A DNA stretch of 64,000 nt from NCBI RefSeq assembly GCF_018350175.1, contig NC_058368.1, forward strand, positions 91,948,001 to 92,012,000, written 5' to 3'. The position numbers and the translations under genes are program-made. Origin of the DNA: Felis catus (Eukaryota). The notes beneath the pieces are model-generated. The model worked only from the letters and a program-made list of their open reading frames with translations. It was not told the origin of the DNA and searched no databases. Shown piece by piece: positions 12,801-24,800 of this stretch; within the stretch, counting starts at the first letter, position 1, and each line of letters opens with the position of its first letter.

Positions 12801-15800
12801 TGGGGACACCTCCCTGTGGCTTCACCTCCAATTTGCCCTTTGAAGTGGGGAGTCCCGGGAGGGCTTGGGTCCTAGTGTCTCATTCCTCAGGCTGTCAGAG
12901 GCCGGCCTGGGGCCTGGGTGGCCAGTGGGTCTGGGTGAGTGACAAGGCCTCCACTGAGCTCAGCTTTGTGGCTGTCATCTTGTAGCCCTCCCTCCGTGGC
13001 CCATCTCTCCACACCGTGGGGCCAGAGGAGGGTCCCATAGGTGCTCCTTCCATGAGCCCTGTTCCTGGAGTGCCAGTCACAAAAATTAGTCCCTTAGGGC
13101 CCCAGCATGTGAGCCCTGCGCTTTTTGGTGAAGAGAAGACTGGAGGGGGCGTGGGGCAGCCATGCATACATGGCCACAATCTCGTGTCTCCACAGGGAGA
13201 GCCTGGCCAGCAAGGTGCCGATGGAGCCACAGGGCTGCGGGTAAGCAGTCTCCCCTCTGGCCACACTGAGAGGACCCAGGGGCCCGGGTTCTTCAGAAGC
13301 CCCTGTTCCCCAGACAACCCCAGAGGAGCTCCAGAAAATGGGAGTCTTTTTTTTTTTGATAATTCATTAGCGTTTTTTTTTTAAGGTTATTTATTTATTT
13401 TGAGAGAGACAGAGAGAGCAGAGAGAGGGTGGGGGGAGAGAGAGAGAGGGAGAGAGAGAATCCCAAGCAGGCTCTGTGCAGCGTGGAGCCTGATGCCAGG
13501 CTCGGACTCAACGAACCGCGAGATCATGACCTGAGCCGAAACCAAGAGGCAGGCACTTAACCGAGCCACCCAGGTGCCCCTCAATGGTTCACTTATGGAT
13601 GTGTGAAAACAAGTCCTCCCCACATGAGTGTCTGTCCTCCTAGAGTCTTTTCTTCTCATAGTTAAGCACAGACCTTGTATCTGTCCCCTGTGGCGTTACC
13701 TTACCCCTGTGGGGGTGCCTTGCCCCACATTGAGGCTCAGGCTTAAGGTTCGTTGCCATCTCCAGAAGCAGGGCTGGTCTCAGATCGTTTGTGACCAGCC
13801 CCTATCAACCCACCTTTAGGTTGACATCCAGAGTCCTGTCCTCTGCTCTGTGGCTTCCGGCCATCACGTTCCCTCATGCTCCTGGAGGCTGCTTTTCTCC
13901 ACAAAACAAGGCCAGGTGCACAGCCTGGTCATGCAGGTGGCCGGGCTGGATTAGGCGCTGAGCGTGGGATTCTGTGTGAACCATACAGTTCCATACAGGC
14001 CATGACCGTGCGGGTAGCTGGCAAATGAGGCCCTGACCTGGATGTCTCCGCCCTCTGCAGGGGGCTAGCCCCAGGCCTGACCAGAGTGTTGCCAGCAGAG
14101 GGCAGCCTGGGATGGAGGGAGGTTCAGAGAGTCAGGGCAGGACGGTCATGTCCATGCAGGAGCATGTAAGCCTGGGCGTCCGTGTGCTGGTTACTAGTGC
14201 ATGGTGCGTGCAGCCTCCGTCAGAGGCAGGGAAACGGAGGCCCCAGGGCAAGATCCAAGGGTAAGATCCAGCTGGCACATTTCGTATTGGTCATCGTAGC
14301 GTTTGGGGGTTTGGGGAGTGTGTTTATTTTTGCTTGTTTGCCAACATCTAAAAATCTGAAGAACCTGGGGCACCCGGGTGGCTCAGTCGGTTAAGCATCA
14401 GACTTGATCTCGGCTCAGGTTACGATCTCGTCATTTGGGAGATCGAACCCCATGTCGGGCTCTTGTGCTGAAAGCACAGAGCCTTCTTGGGATTCTCTCT
14501 CTCCCTGCTCCTTCCCTGCTCATTCTCTCTCTCTCTCTCTCTCAAAATAAATAAACATTTTTTAAAAATCTGAAGAACTTCCCATCAAAATTAGACTTTC
14601 TGTTTTCCCTGGAGAACTCCAAGATAAGGCCTCGGTGGACTTCAATTCACACCTGAATTGCAGCCGGACCAGGCAGGGGCATGGTCCCTCACTGCTTCAG
14701 AGCCCCCTTCCCTCCCTGATGCCCACTGCCTGGGCCCCCGGAGCATTTTGCCAGTGAACGGGGTCCCAGTGCCCAAGTAGATTCTGGAGTGTGGGCTTGC
14801 GGGGGTCCCACCAGGTTACAGCTCAAGTTACACGGACCGTCGTGCGGGCCAGGTTCCCAGGTTCTCTGGCTGAGACACAGACCTGAAAACCGCAGCCCTT
14901 CCTGAAATTCTTACTCTTCCTCCTGCCTTAGGGTCCCCCGGGCCTCAAGGGCGAGCAAGGAGACACAGTGGTGATTGACTACGATGGCAGGATCTTGGAT
15001 GCCCTGAAGGTAGGTTCCTGGCAGGGCCAGGATACACCCCTGTTGTTCATTTCCTGAGGGGACAACCACATACTTTTCATGTTAATCTTGCACTCTTTTT
15101 TTAATGTTTGTTTATTTATTTATTTTGAGACAGAGAGAGAGAGGGAGCACAAGCAGGAAAGGGGCAGAGAAAGAGAGGGAGAGAGAGAATCCTAAGCAGG
15201 CTCCAGGCTGTCAGCACAGAGCCTGACACAGGGCTCGATCTCACAAACCATGAGATCATGACCTGAGTGGAAACCAAGAGTCAGACACTTCACCGAATGA
15301 GTTGCCCAGGCGCCCCAATCCTGCACTTCCTTACACAAAGAACCAAGGGCAGCTTGGCACAAAGACCCCCAACTCCACCAGGTGCACCCGATAAGGAAAT
15401 CAGTGCTATGCTGAGACCCACCCGATGCTAAGAGCTGCTGGGAACATGGATTATGTGGCCCCCAGCTCCCCGGTGGCCAAAGCAAAAAAGGGAAGCTCCC
15501 CACTCAGGGGCAGGAAGGAGATCATTTCCTGATGTCCAGTCTCAGCAGGCTTCCCAGGGAACCCAGGCCAGAGGGCTAGGTCTTCTGAGAGCTGTCGGTA
15601 GAGGTTGACAATGGCACAGCCTGCTTCAAGGAGCTTCAGGAGATGCCTGGGGCCTCTGAGCCCTGTCTGGGGCCAGACCAACTGGGGGCCCATCACCAGT
15701 GGAGAGAGAGGTTGGGTGCTAGCTGCTCACGGCTCCCAGGGAGGGAAGCTAGGGAGGGAGAGGGGAGGGACAGTCATCAGAGACCACACGCGGCCTCGGC

Positions 15801-18800
15801 ACCTGACCCTACCTGAGCCCCATTCCAATTATCTCCCACGGGCCTCAGGGAAGTTCAAGCTGAAGTTCAAGTGGCCGGCCCCAGGCCTGCATGGTGTGTT
15901 GCAGCCCAAGGGCACGCATGGGCATGGTGTGCCCCAGCCCCGCTTGGAGAAGCAACCTGAGTATAGGGAGGCAGGAAGTAGATTTTGGATGCCAGGCTGG
16001 AATGATGCCTCCAGCTGATGGGCACAGGCTGCCACAGTTGGTTCTTGAGCAGAGACATAATATTAAAAATACATATTGTGCGGGCAGGGGGCGCCTGGGT
16101 GGCTCCGTTGGTTGAGCATCCAACTTCGGCTCTGGTCATGATCTCACGGTTCGTGGGTTCGAGCCCCATGTCGGGCTCGCTGCTGTTGGCACAGAGCCTG
16201 CTTCCGATCCTTTGTCTCCCTCTTTCTCTCGGCTCCTCCCCCACTTGTGCTCTCTGTCAAAAATAAATAAACACTAGGGGCGCCTGGGTGGCGCAGTCGG
16301 TTAAGCATCCGACTTCAGCCGGGTCACGATCTCGCGGCCCGTGGGTTCGAGCCCCGCGTCAGGCTCTGGGCTGATGGCTCAGAGCCTGGAGCCTGTTTCC
16401 GATTCTGTGTCTCCCTCTCCCTCTGTCCCTCCCCCATTCATGCTCTGTCTCTCTCTGTCCCAAAAATAAATAAACGTTGAAAAAAAATTAAAAAAAAAAC
16501 TTAAAAAAATAATAATAATAAATAAACACTAAAAAAAAAACTTTAAAAAATACATATTGTGAGCAGGCTAGCCGGGGAATTGTGTGGAAGGTGAATCAAA
16601 GTGTGGAGGGGGGGCAGCTGGAGGCAGGGAGGCCACAGTGGGGTGGGGGTGGGCTCTGGGCCTGGGTGGGTGGAATGGAGGAGGATAGGAAGACCAGAGA
16701 TGTCTCAACAAAGGTGCCAGCAAGAAGGGGACAGGTTGCTGGGGTGAGGGGCTGGGCAGGGTGCCTCTGGAAGGTGACAGATGAGCCATGGTGGGCAGGC
16801 AGCCTGTGGGAAGCCTGGGTGGGAGCGGGAGCTGGGGAGCAGGGTCAGACCTAGAGACACCATCCCCTGCCCGTGAGGCCCAGGACTCACGGGAGGGGCA
16901 GAGAAGGCAGTGCTGGACCACTGTGAGGGATACAGTTTTTGGCCGGCCTTGAATGCCAGCGGGGGATTTATGCTTGCTTCAAGGGGCAACAGGGAGCTCT
17001 TGCAGGATCTTGAGCAGGGGAGTGTTGTGAAGAAATCTGTCTTTGGGGGATACTAGCTCTGAAGGCAGAGGGATTCTGGACCCTCTGTGGCAGTAGACAC
17101 TGTGGTATCTCACCCAGTGCCTGTGCCAGCGCCCTGCCCCCTCGCAAGACAAGAGGGCCTGACCTGACAGGGTGGGAAGCAGGCTGTGAGGGTCCTTGAC
17201 CCTCCTACAGGCCAGCCGGACACAGCCCTGATCCCCGGGGTGGAAGGGGTGAGCTAGCCACAAGGGGGACACTTTGCCTGAACACTGACCGGCTTGACTT
17301 TCACATACAGGGTCCTCCCGGGCCACAGGGGCCCCCAGGGCCACCAGGGATCCCCGGAGCCAAGGTCAGTTCACGGGCAGTTGTGTGGCCTCACCCCGAG
17401 CCCCTTATCTCCAGCACCCGCCTCCCCTCTCCTCTCTGCCATGCTCACTCTGCTTCTCTCCTGGCATCCCAGCCTGGCTTCTAGGGGCTCAGAGAAAGCG
17501 GCCCTGCTCCTTCCTAACCTAGCTGGCCGCCTTCCTCCCAGCCCTAGCTCCTCCCCGGGAAGCCTCATTCACACATGTAAACCCTGGAGACATCCCCAAA
17601 TCCCATAGATTACATAGCCTGTACACATCATTTACACCCTGCTTAGTCAGCGCAGGAGAAAGAGCCTAAGACTTGGAAATCAGGCAAGATCTGGTCCCAG
17701 CCTGGGCTATGTGGCCTGGAATGAGTCATTTAATAATCCTCTGACCCTCAGTTTCCAAACCTGTAACCTCCCAGACTATAGATTATAGCCCTGGGCTGTA
17801 TCTGCTCATTGGAGCTGAGGAAACGAGAAGAGCAGGGGGGCAATGCCTGGCACGCGGCCGGGCACCCAGTGGCCACCATCCTGGACCTGACTAACTCCAG
17901 GGACCCGACCCAGGGACACTGTGCTGAACCGGCGGCGGGGGGTGGGGGGGCAGCCCAGCCATAAGTCCCTCTCCAGGACCACAGGACACTGTAACCCCCC
18001 TTGCTTTCTATTCCCTCCTAGGGCGAGCTGGGACTGCCTGGTGCCCCGGGAATCGATGGAGAGAAGGTCTCTGGGCCTTTCTATTTGGTTGGCAATGCTG
18101 GTGCCTAGTGTTGGGCTTCGTGTGTGCCTGTGTTCGTGCATGTTATGTGTGTGTGCGTTCATGTGTGCATGAATGCACGTGTGCGTGTGTGTGTGTGTGT
18201 GTGTGTGCAGAGCTAGAGAGGGGCCACATTACAGCGTGTGCTGCCTGTGTGCATGTCCTGAGTCTGCCCTGAGGCCTCAGGCAAGCTGCTCATTTTCCAG
18301 CAGCCTCGGTTCGGTTCCTCGCCCGGAGGTGAGGGTGGTAACAGCTGTGAGAGGTAACTAATTCTGTGTGTGGAAAACAGAGCGGGGTGGGTGCCTGGCA
18401 CAACGCAGCAGAGTCTTCGAGTGGTAGCTAATGTCGTTACCGTTGCTATCAGTACTCTTAGTGTCCCTGTAAGTGTATATCTGCGTGTGATCCTACTGAC
18501 ACACCACAATGCCAGGGGCGTCGCCGGGAGTGTCTTTAGTGCTGGGTCCCTAGTGTGTCCACCGTGGACAGTATGTGATTGGTTGAGAGAGGGAATGAGT
18601 GGCCAGAAGGGGCACTGAGTGGATGATGGGTTGTACAGGGGGTTTGGGGGCTCCCACCACCAGCTTCTGAGATGCGAGCGCAGGGTTGACCCCAAGCCCC
18701 GTAAGTGCCCCCTCAGGGGCTGCGCAGTCCCCCGAACCCCACCTCTCCACGCACTGGCCCACCCTGCGCCCCGTCTTCACTCGGGCTCCTCATTGCACTT

Positions 18801-21800
18801 ACCTGGGCCAGGGGCCCAGGATAAAGAAGTGGGGGTCTGGCCTGGCCAGGACTAAGCTCTGGGAACCCGCTGGGGTGGGGAAGGGAGCCTGCTAGCCTCA
18901 CCAACCCCTTGTTCTTGTGGCTCACAGGGTCCCAAAGGAGCTAAAGGCGACCCAGGAGAGGTGGGGCCGGCCGGACCCAAAGGGGAGGCAGGCGAGATGG
19001 GCCTGTCGGGCCTCCCGGTAGGTGTGGCTGGGTCCCCCCTGTTTGCCCACGTGGGGCTCTAAGGCAGGTGCATGCCCACCACAGCAGCTACAGGGGCGGG
19101 AGGGGGGCAGCTGGGGCCCTGCCAGCACCACCACCACCACCCCAGCCCAGGGTCACCGAGCCTTTGAAAGGAAGCTCTGACAGTCCATGCTGCTCAGACC
19201 CTCTGAGCCCCATCTCCTCCTCCATATAATGACTTACCGCCTGCTTCCCGAGGCCTCCGCAAAGGTGGAGCCCAGCTGGCGGGTGGTTAGGTCACACACG
19301 CTGACCGCTCAAGTTCGCATCCGGCTCTGTCTCCTGCTGACTCTGGAACCCTGCACGAGCATCCTAAGCCCCCTGGGCCTCCATTTCCTCACCTCCAAAA
19401 TGGGGGTGATAATCTCCCACTTGTGAGGGCAAGCACGACAGGCCTGAGAAGGGTGGCTGGCAGGTGATAAATGCCCACTATCTGTCACCGTCATAGTGGC
19501 TGGACTGGAAGAGTTTGGGGTTCAAGCAGCCCCCAGATGCCACCTCTTCACGTCTGGTGTCCATCCATGAGGCTCCCTCAGCTAGAGAGGTGGTACCAGG
19601 TTTGAACCCGGGTCTTTGCTTCCAGAGCCCACAATTTATACCACTATCAATGTGCTCTCCCCAAACCCCCTGTGCTGGGCATCCGGAGCGTGTCACTGAT
19701 TCAGGGAAAATACTTCAAGCTACAAAGGCCAACTCACTGCTGAGGCTGGAGGCCTCATGGGGAAGGCAGGGGAAGTGCTGACCACCATGGTGGGGATTTT
19801 GATGATGGACGGAAAGGGCTGAAGGCCATCCTGTCCTGCAGGGCGCCGACGGCCCCAAGGGGGAGAAGGGAGAGTCGGCATCTGACAACCTACGGGAGAG
19901 CCTGGTAAGGGGGCTGTTGAGGACCAGGGTCCTAGCTTAGACTGGCTGCGGCCCCAAACCTTGGGACAGAAAGGCCACCTGGCCTGAGCCAACCAAAGGG
20001 CAGCGAGGGAGGGGGAGGGGGAGCCTCGGCTGTGTCCTCCAACTGAGGCCCCTCTGAGAACCCAAAGGCCAGCCCCTTGGCTCCCCACTAGACAGTGTGC
20101 CCTTCTGGGGGCAGGAAGGAGACTCGGCCCAGTGGCTCAGGGCCCAGCACCCCCAGGAGTGCTCATCCAATATGTTCAAGTATGGGTGGGTGACATATGA
20201 CGGGGGGAGGGGTGGTGGTGACTAATCCACCTCTGACTGCTTCCTAGGCTCAGATCATAGTGGAGCCAGGGCCCCCAGGCCCCCCTGGTCCCCCAGGCCC
20301 CATGGTAAGAGCATTTGGCTTAAAGTAGCTGGGACATGCAGAGGGTGGTGAGCCCAGGCCTAGAGCTGTGGCCCAGGGGATGACGGGATTTCTCGGTGGG
20401 GAAGGGGCCACATCAAGCAATATGGCAGAGCCTGGGTCTGGGCTTGGGAGGCCACAGAGGTCAGGGCCATGGAGACCAGTGAGTGGCCCATGAGCCTTTG
20501 CGACCCACTGTAAGAGGAACCTGGCTCCGAGCACTGGACCCAGCCCGATGGCCTTTCTGATTTGCTCTCTCCTCCTCCAGGGCCTTCAGGGAATCCAGGG
20601 TCCCAAGGTGAGTTGTGGGGCATGGGTGGAAACCCCCCTACTCACTTCAGACCCACAGCCTGGACAGTTCCAGAAAGCCTTGCTAATGGGCAGCGAGGGC
20701 CCCACACTGGGCTCCAGACCAGCTCCGCATTATCCCAGGGCCTAAATGTTCAGAATCCCCTGGAGTACAACCTCCCTGATGTTCTTGGAGCCAGCGTCCC
20801 CTGCCCCCCACTGGGGCTCTGTCCCCCTGCCCAAGCACTAGTCTGCTGCCTCATGCACACATCCGTCTTAACTGCCCCCAGCCTGGACATGAAGTCTTGG
20901 GCGTCATGTGTATTACATAATGTCATGTCCTCTGCTCTTAAATTAAAACCGTGAATGTGGCCTGCCCACGTGCCCTGCCTGGAGGAGGCCAGCTGGCCTC
21001 CCTGTTTGCCATGCCTGGCTTCTCTCTCATGCACCCTGGGGGAGAGACTACCTCTCCATTCCCCCAGCCCAGAGGCCGGCGGGACTTGGTCATGATTCCC
21101 ACCAGCTGAGTGGGGCCAAGCATGTGGCCGACCAGATGGGCTGCTTCTGGCTCTGTTTTGTCCCAAGGGCCTCCCCAGATCGTGTTTAGAAGAGGCAGCT
21201 TCTGTTAGGGACAAGGTCCAAGGCTGGGGCTCAGAAACCCGACTGGTCCTCAGCTCTGCTGCTTCTTGCCTGTGTGGCTGGGCCCGTCCCTGCCCCTCTC
21301 TCTTGCCTCTCTTTTCTCATCTGTGAAATGGGTGTGACCGCAACAATCTCCTGTGATGACCCATGGGTGGGGAAAGGTAAAGTGCACACACTCATAGTTC
21401 ATTCCGATTATGTGCACTGGAAGGAAGCTGGGGTCAAGCCCCTGAGAGCCTGGAGTCTGTCCCTCTGCCCTGCATCCCCACCTGTCACTGAGGCCCCAAG
21501 CTTTCCTGTCCTGCTGTCTGTCTGACCCCTCCCCACTGACTGCTGTCTCCTCTTGGCTTGCAGGGCTTGGACGGAGCAAAGGGAGAGAAGGGCGTGTCGG
21601 GGGAGAGAGGCCCCAGCGGCCTGCCTGTGAGTGTCATGAGCCTTGTCCATCCTTCCAGGCTGCTAATTCCTATAATTGTCATGCTTCTTGACCCATTCCT
21701 TTTCCACCCAGGGGCCAGCTGGCCCGCCGGGCCTTATTGGACTGCCAGGAACCAAAGGAGAGAAGGTAACCACCCTCCTTTAACGCCCCCCAAGTATGGC

Positions 21801-24800
21801 CACATGTTTGTGGTGTCGCTCGGCCTTGGTGGCTCAATCCCTGACACCACACTGTCCCGGGGCCAGAAATCAGGCTTGTGGACAATTCACAAGGCTGCAC
21901 ATCCCAGCCATTACTGCTCCCGGCACCCCCTCCCCAGCCCCCTCACATCTTTCTTTGTCTCTCCTCAGGGAAGACCCGGGGAGCCGGGCCTGGATGTAAG
22001 TATCTCATCATTCCCTGTAGTCAGGCTCTTCTTGTGTGTAGCTTCTGACCCCGTGCTGGCCATACAGTCACCTGATCTGCGACTTGGATGTGACCCCCTT
22101 CTCCAGGGTTGAAACTCCAAGTTCCCCCTGTGTCCTCAATGCCAAGTCTAGTTCATAGCCCAGAGTAGGTACTTGATGGGTGGATGATGGGTGGATGGAC
22201 CGATGGATTGATGATGGATATATGGATGATAGTGGATGGACAGATGGACGGATGGATGGGTGATAGGTGGATGGATGTTGGATATATGGATGATAGATGG
22301 ATGGGTGATGGATAAATGGATAGAAGGATGATGCATTGGGGCGCCTGTGTGGCTCAGTCTGTTGAGATTTCGACTTCAGCTCAGGTCATGATCTTGCAGT
22401 TTGTGGGTTCAAGTCCTGCATCAGGCTCTGTGCTGACAGCCTGGAGCCTGCTTTGGATTCTGTGTCATCCTGTGTCATTCTGTGTCATTTAAAAATTGCA
22501 CTGTTGCAATATCCTAGTGAGAGATGCTGAAGCTTCAGCTAGACATTACTGAGGGAAGAAGAGGAGAGGAAGTATTAGCTCGAGGTTTATTGGATCTTTA
22601 GCCAACAACAGAAAACAGTTTAAACTGGCTTACACTGGGGTGCCTGGGTGGTTCAGTCAGTTAAGTGTCCGACTTCAGCTCAGGTCATGATCTTGCGGTC
22701 CGTGAGTTCGAGCCCCATGTCGGGCTCTGTGCTGACATCTCTGAGCCTAGAGCCTGCTTCAGCTTCTGTGTCTCCCTCTCTCTTTCTGCCCCTCCCCTGC
22801 TTGCATTCTGTCTCTCAAAAGTAAACATTAAAAAATATTTAACTGGCTTAAACTGATTACTAATTGAAAAATCCAAGGGTGCCTGCATGGCTCAGTCAGT
22901 TGTGTGTCTGACTCTTGATCTCGGCTCAGGTCATGATCCCAGGGTCGTGGGATCAAGCCCCACCTGGGGCTCCACACTGAGCATGGAGCCTGCTTGGAAT
23001 TCTCTCTCTGTGTCTCTCTTTCTCCCTCTGCCCCTCGCCCCCACTTGTGCACACTGTCTCTCTAAAATTTAAAAAAGTCCAGAGGGACAGTGCGTGGATC
23101 CACACAACCCACCTTCTCGTCCTCCTGTCTGTGCTTTCTCTGTTGGGGTGTCATTTCAAGTTACATGTGGTAATGAGGTGGAGGCAATAGCCCCAAACCC
23201 TGGAGAAAGACCATTTGCCTCACTCTGTATTCTTTTAGAAAAGTCTCATCATCTCTCTCTGGCCCCAGTTGGGTCAATGCTGAAACATGACTTGCCGTGA
23301 GAAATGCAGCACCCTGATTGGCCAGCCCTGGTCACATCCTCCCTCCTGGAGCTGGGAGTGGAGTCAGTGGGTTATAAGAAGGGAGGGTGGCTCCCAGGAA
23401 AATCAGGTGGCTCTTGCAAGGGCAATGGTGACCAGATGTAGGGCTGCACGGACTCTGGTGTCCACCCTAGGCTTTAAGGAGAGAATGTCACCTGGGAGAG
23501 CAAGTGTAGACACAGAATTTCTGATTGGGAAGATGATGCTCCATCCATGAAAAGGGTCCAGAGAAGACACCAATGCTGAATCCAGTTCAGGCTCTGTCAG
23601 GGAGGTAGTGGAGCTAAAGAGACCAGGCCACCAGCGGTGTGGCCACGGCTGCCTTCTGGGAGGCCTGGAGCTGAGCTCAGAGCCCACCGGCTCTACCTGG
23701 CAAGCCTCTGGCCCTGCGCCCACTCCACCAGGCCCAGCAGACATGGGGAGTGTGCTCAGAAGCCTTCCCTGACCTCACACCTGGATAGAACAGCCCCTCT
23801 CCCTTGGACCTCATGGCATCTGGTTCATCCTGTGTCACTGAGCATAGACCATCATCTTCTATATCCTCTTGCCTGCCATGTTAGACTGTGAGGGAAGTGT
23901 CACATTTGTAACTGCAGGGTTTTAATTTGTGGAGGTGACTGACACAGTTTGGCCAATGCCATTGGAAGAAAAATATGTTACTTATGTTTCCCAAGGGAAG
24001 GGCTCACTCACTAGGCAGGGCCACATGGGGAAGCACCAGGTTTGATCCAGAGGTAGAAGGGAGTGGGGGGCAGCTTAAGCCAGAGCTTTTACTGGGGCTT
24101 CCTTGGGAAAGGCAAGACAGAGCAGGAGAGACACTTGAGGATTAGTTAGTATGAATAATCTGGGCAGGCTCCGGGCTGCAGGGGTGGTCCCTAGTTTCCT
24201 GCTACCTGCCCTTGGGATGATTTTGGGCCTTGGGATGATTTCAGCTTGCTGTGTGAGAGGCAGATAAAGGGAGTGATTTCGGGATTTTCAGTTTACACAT
24301 AAAAGGTGTGCCCCACACCAGCCCTTTGCTGTTTCCAAAACTCAACATGAGGGAGGGGCAGCCTCTTCCTAGCCAGCAAAATTTTTAAGATGTCAAAACA
24401 TAAGACACAGAAAATAAAGGGGGAGGGGGGACACATCAAATCTGTTTCTCTGTCCTCAGTATCCAGCCCACAGCCCAGTTCCTAGTGGATGCTTAGAAAT
24501 GTCGATTGCAGGGGCACATGGGTGGCTCAGTTGGTTAAGCGTCTGACTCTTGGTTTCGGCTCAGGTCATAATCTCACAGTTCGTGAGTTCGAGCCCCACA
24601 TCGGGCTCCACACTGACGGTGTGGAGCCTGCTTGGGATTCGCTCTCTCCCTCTTTCTCTGCCCCTCCCCTGCCCGTGCTCTTTCTCAAAATAAATAAAAA
24701 CTGTTAAAAAGTTTTTAAAAAATGCTGGTTGCATGGGTGGATGGACAGATGGATGAATGGGTGGGTAGAGGTGGGTAAGAGATTAAGCCAAAGGCTCAAC

